Under the pieces are notes generated by a model. It was not told the DNA's origin and made no database searches. It saw only the letters and a program-made list of their open reading frames with translations. The position numbers were made by a program, and so were the translations under genes. A stretch of 64,000 nt of DNA, taken from contig CAVOQY010000013.1 of NCBI GenBank assembly GCA_963698465.1, forward strand, positions 486,687 to 550,686. Direction: 5' to 3'. Of the stretch, positions 60,515-64,000 are shown in pieces. This DNA is from an uncultured delta proteobacterium (GTDB lineage Bacteria > Desulfobacterota > Desulfobacteria > Desulfobacterales > UBA2156). Positions within the stretch are counted from its first letter, which is position 1. Each line of letters opens with the position of its first letter.

Positions 60515-62749
60515 TTACGCAAACTCAAAGCGCAGTGTTCCCCCTTCCAGAAAAACAGCGGCCTTTCCCCCTTTTTGAAGTTCTCCGAACAGGATCTGCT
60601 CGGACAGCACATCTTTGATCTCCGTCTGAATGACGCGGGCCAGAGGCCTGGCTCCGTAAGTGGCATCGTGCCCTTTTTCAGCCAGATACCGCCGGGCTTC
60701 GGGGGAGAGGGTCACCGCTACTTTTTTGGAAGCGAGCTGCTCGTTCATCTCGTCCATGAACTTGTCCACGATTTTTTCGACGATATCCAGCGACAGGGCA
60801 TCGAAGTGGACGATGGCATCCAGTCGATTTCGAAATTCCGGGCTGAAGAAGCTTTCCACGGCCTTTTTCCCTTTGGCTTTCAGATCGCTCTTGGGATCGC
60901 CGAAACCGATGGTCATGGAGCTCATCTCCCGGGCGCCGGCGTTGGAGGTCATGATGACGATGACGTTTCTGAAATCGGCTCGTTTCCCGTTGTTGTCCGT
61001 CAGGGTGGCGTGGTCCAGGACCTGCAGAAGAATGTTGAAAAGGTCGATGTGCGCCTTTTCGATCTCGTCCAGCAGGAGCACGCTGTGAGGATGCTTGCGG
61101 ATCCCGTCCGTCATCAGCCCGCCCTGATCGAATCCGATGTATCCCGGCGGAGCGCCGATCAGCCGGGCCACGGCATGCTTTTCCATGTACTCGCTCATGT
61201 CGAACCGGAGGAACTGAACGCCCAGGTTCATGGCGATCTGACGGGCCACCTCGGTCTTGCCGACGCCGGTTGGTCCGGTGAAAAGAAACGACCCGATGGG
61301 TTTTTCAGGCGTCCGCAACCCTGCCCGTGAACGCTTGATGGCCGTCACGATGGCCCGGAGGGCAGGATCCTGGCCGAAAACTTTTTCCTTCAGACGCCCT
61401 TCCAGTTCCTCCAGGTGGGTCTTGTCGTTGGAGGAGACGCTCACCGTGGGAATCTTGGCCATCTTGGCCACGATTTTTTCGATGTCGGAAGGGTGGATCT
61501 TCTTTCGGACCGAACTGCCCGACAGGCGGATGGCGGCTCCCGCCTCGTCGATGACGTCGATGGCCTTGTCCGGAAGAAAGCGGTCGTTGAGGTATTTAGC
61601 GCTCAGATCCACCGCGGCTTTCAGCGCTGGCTCCGTGTAAACGATTCCGTGGTGGGCCTCATACCGGGACTTGAGCCCTTTGAGGATTTGAAGGGTTTCG
61701 GAGACCGGAGGCTCCGGAACCTCGATTTTTTCGAACCGGCGGGACATGGCGCGGTCCTTTTCAAAGTGGTTCTTGTATTCCTCGTAGGTGGTGGATCCGA
61801 TACACCGGAGTTCTCCGGTGGAAAAAACCGGCTTGAGGATGTTGGACGCGTCCATGGAACCGCTGGAGGTTGCTCCTGCCCCGACGATGGTGTGGATTTC
61901 ATCGATGAACAAAATGGCGTTTTTCTTTTTCTTCAGATCCCCGATCACCCCCTTGAGGCGCTGTTCGAAATCGCCCCGGAACTTGGTCCCTGCCAGGAGG
62001 GCTCCCATATCCAGGGCATAGATCCGGACCTCCTTCAAGAGATCCGGAACGTCCCCTTTCTGGATTTTTTGAACCAGGCCTTCCGCCAGAGCGGTCTTCC
62101 CCACACCAGGGTCTCCCACGAAAATCGGGTTGTTTTTCCGCCTTCGGCAAAGCACCTGCATGGTGCGCTCCAGCTCCTGCACCCTCCCGATGAGGGGGTC
62201 GAGTTTCCCTTTGGCCGCCAGGTCCATCAGGTCGACGGTAAAAAGCTCGAGGGGATCGGCTTTCTTTTTTTCCGATTTCTGAGTCTTGACAAAACCCCCG
62301 ATGACGTCGGCGAAGGGATCCCTGGGCATGCTGTGGGAAATATAGTTGAGGATGTCCAGCCGGTTGATCCCTTCCTGTCCTAAAAAATAGGCGGCGTAGG
62401 AGTCGGTCTCGAGAAAAATGGAAGCCAGGATATCGCCGATTTCCACCTCCTGCTTCTCGGCGTTTCTCACATGATTGACGGCCCGCTGGATGACCCTCTG
62501 GAACCCCAATGTCTGCTGGAGTACGTAATCTCCCTCTTCCGGAACGGTGGACATTTTCTCGTTGAAAAACCGCTCCAGCCGATTTTTCAAGCTGTCGACA
62601 TCCCCCCCGCAGTTTTGAAGGATCCCCTTCCCGTTGTCGTCATGGAGGATGGCAAACAGGACATGTTCGATGGAAACATATTCGTGGCGCCTTCTCTTGG
62701 CTTCGCCCACAGCGAAACCCAGGGTGGCGCTCAGTTCTTTGCTGATCAT
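60515..62749 (-). CDS. clpA: ATP-dependent Clp protease ATP-binding subunit ClpA
   Basis: Two AAA+ modules (GDPGVGKT; GPTGVGKT), DMSEYME, SPEFRNRL; follows clpS. Confidence 0.96.
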   Translation of the reverse strand: MISKELSATLGFAVGEAKRRRHEYVSIEHVLFAILHDDNGKGILQNCGGDVDSLKNRLERFFNEKMSTVPEEGDYVLQQTLGFQRVIQRAVNHVRNAEKQEVEIGDILASIFLETDSYAAYFLGQEGINRLDILNYISHSMPRDPFADVIGGFVKTQKSEKKKADPLELFTVDLMDLAAKGKLDPLIGRVQELERTMQVLCRRRKNNPIFVGDPGVGKTALAEGLVQKIQKGDVPDLLKEVRIYALDMGALLAGTKFRGDFEQRLKGVIGDLKKKKNAILFIDEIHTIVGAGATSSGSMDASNILKPVFSTGELRCIGSTTYEEYKNHFEKDRAMSRRFEKIEVPEPPVSETLQILKGLKSRYEAHHGIVYTEPALKAAVDLSAKYLNDRFLPDKAIDVIDEAGAAIRLSGSSVRKKIHPSDIEKIVAKMAKIPTVSVSSNDKTHLEELEGRLKEKVFGQDPALRAIVTAIKRSRAGLRTPEKPIGSFLFTGPTGVGKTEVARQIAMNLGVQFLRFDMSEYMEKHAVARLIGAPPGYIGFDQGGLMTDGIRKHPHSVLLLDEIEKAHIDLFNILLQVLDHATLTDNNGKRADFRNVIVIMTSNAGAREMSSMTIGFGDPKSDLKAKGKKAVESFFSPEFRNRLDAIVHFDALSLDIVEKIVDKFMDEMNEQLASKKVAVTLSPEARRYLAEKGHDATYGARPLARVIQTEIKDVLSEQILFGELQKGGKAAVFLEGGTLRFEFA

Positions 62750-62753
62750 CGGG

Positions 62754-63068
62754 CTACTCTCTTTCCAGGGTGCATTTCAGTGGAAAACCGTTTTCCCGGG
62801 CAAGGGCATGAACCGTCTGCACCTTGGTTTCGGCGACCTCCAGAGTGAAGACGCCGCACTCTCCGATACCGGTCTTATGAACGTCCAGCATGATCTGCGT
62901 GGCCTTTTCCAGGGACTTGCCGAATACGCTCATGAGAACGGCCACGACGAAATCCATGGTGGTATAATCGTCGTTGTGGAGGAGAACCCGGTACATGGCG
63001 GGTTCCTGGATCTCCGTGTCCGACTCCGCCAGGACGGTGGTCTCTTCGATGGGCTCGTTTTCGTTCAT
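62754..63068 (-). CDS. clpS: Clp protease adaptor ClpS
   Basis: YRVLLHNDDYTTMDFVV, MLDVHKTG, FPLKCTLE. Confidence 0.96.
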   Translation of the reverse strand: MNENEPIEETTVLAESDTEIQEPAMYRVLLHNDDYTTMDFVVAVLMSVFGKSLEKATQIMLDVHKTGIGECGVFTLEVAETKVQTVHALARENGFPLKCTLERE

Positions 63069-63312
63069 CCCCCGACCCTTTTCAGGACGAGACCGTCATC
63101 CTTTTCCATCCGTTTATCAGATGAAAACCGGCACGACACTTTCCCGTCACGGCACCCTCCTAACCCAAGAGGCCTCTTCGGGTCCCTTTGCGAGACCGGG
63201 TCTGCCGGCGGACGGCGTGCTTCCGCTTCCTTGCAAAAAGATAAGCGGCTATGCCTGAAAAATCAAGTCCCGGCCCGGACCCGGTTTTTGGGCAAGCTTT
63301 TCACCGTTTCGA

Positions 63313-64000
63313 TCAGCGGCCGCAGCATTTCTTGAACTTCTTGCCGCTGCCGCAGGGACACGGTGCGTTTCGTCCCACTTTTTTCGACTCCCGTCTCACG
63401 GGTTCCTTGGGCCCTCCGCCGTCCCCTCCGGAGTAAATCAGGGTTTGTTCTTTGGGCTTCTGCAGCTCCGAAAGGCTTTCCGGTTCCGCAATTTGAACCC
63501 GAAAAAGAATCCCCAGCGTCTGTTCCTTGATCCGTGAAATCATGTCGCTGAAAAGAGCAAATCCTTCCCGTTTGTAAACCAGCAGAGGATCCTGCTGGGC
63601 ATAGCCCCTCAGGCCGATCCCTTCCTTGAGGTGGTCCATGCTGAGGAGGTGGTCCTTCCAGAGCTGATCCACGGTCTGGAGCATCACGATGCGTTCGAGT
63701 TCCCGGCACTGTTCGGCTCCAATGGCTCTTTCCCTCTCTTCGTAAAGTCTCTCGGCGCCTTCCTGGATCATTGTCGCCAGCCCCTCGGAGTTCAGGCTTT
63801 CCAGCGTTTCCCCGGTCAGGTCCAGCTGCGTGTTGAACTGTTTGAAGACCTTGTCCCGCAGCCCCTTGAGATCCCATTCCTCCGGAGACACCCGTTCCTC
63901 GGCATAGGTTTTGGCGATTTCCTGGGCTTTTTCGCCGATCATGGCCATGACGGCGCTTTTCAGGCTCCCACCGCTGAGGGCCTCCCGCCTCTGGCGGTAG
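63313..64000 (-). CDS. secA: preprotein translocase ATPase SecA, C-terminal part
   Basis: [47 protein letters not shown]; frame open to the window edge. Confidence 0.96.
   Translation of the reverse strand, partial: YRQRREALSGGSLKSAVMAMIGEKAQEIAKTYAEERVSPEEWDLKGLRDKVFKQFNTQLDLTGETLESLNSEGLATMIQEGAERLYEERERAIGAEQCRELERIVMLQTVDQLWKDHLLSMDHLKEGIGLRGYAQQDPLLVYKREGFALFSDMISRIKEQTLGILFRVQIAEPESLSELQKPKEQTLIYSGGDGGGPKEPVRRESKKVGRNAPCPCGSGKKFKKCCGR

Noticed and set aside
60515-63068. clpS-clpA-aat cluster as a novel system
   Set aside because: This is the well-known N-degron pathway arrangement.

Overview
GC-rich, gene-dense bacterial chromosome segment, most likely from an anaerobic Gram-negative Desulfobacterota (deltaproteobacterium). 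This is inferred from gene content (kdsB, cimA inside the ilv/leu operon, radical 2-hydroxyacyl-CoA dehydratase activases, DUF3786-like and PilZ proteins), not from a database search. Core loci: rng/rne, purB, yajC-secD-secF-dprA-topA, ilvD-ilvB-ilvN-ilvC-cimA-leuA, pyrD, efp, guaA, kdsB and secA-clpS-clpA-aat-hinT. An accessory ion/solute transport region lies at about 23.2-35.1 kb. No rRNA, tRNA, CRISPR array, transposase or phage gene was recognised. Six genes (secD, topA, ktrB, ktrA, a large CoA activase, hinT) carry single frameshifts, mostly at short homopolymers, which suggests sequencing or assembly indels. Main results: (1) a complete ribosome-mediated attenuator upstream of ilvD, missing from the ORF track, with a promoter, a 32-aa Ile/Leu/Val-rich leader peptide and mutually exclusive hairpins; (2) a candidate regulon defined by a CATGAA-N6-TTCATG operator at two promoters, covering Usp, an ArsB/NhaD-type permease, an apparently catalytically dead eIF2B-like protein, KtrAB and an orphan DctM, plus a wHTH regulator and a TatC paralog lacking twin-arginine recognition residues; (3) an ACT-PanE-activase-dehydratase operon with a structured leader and an orphan antisense-facing promoter; (4) a decayed duplicate of the dctM 3' end bracketing a two-gene insertion; (5) two small palindromic non-autonomous repeats.
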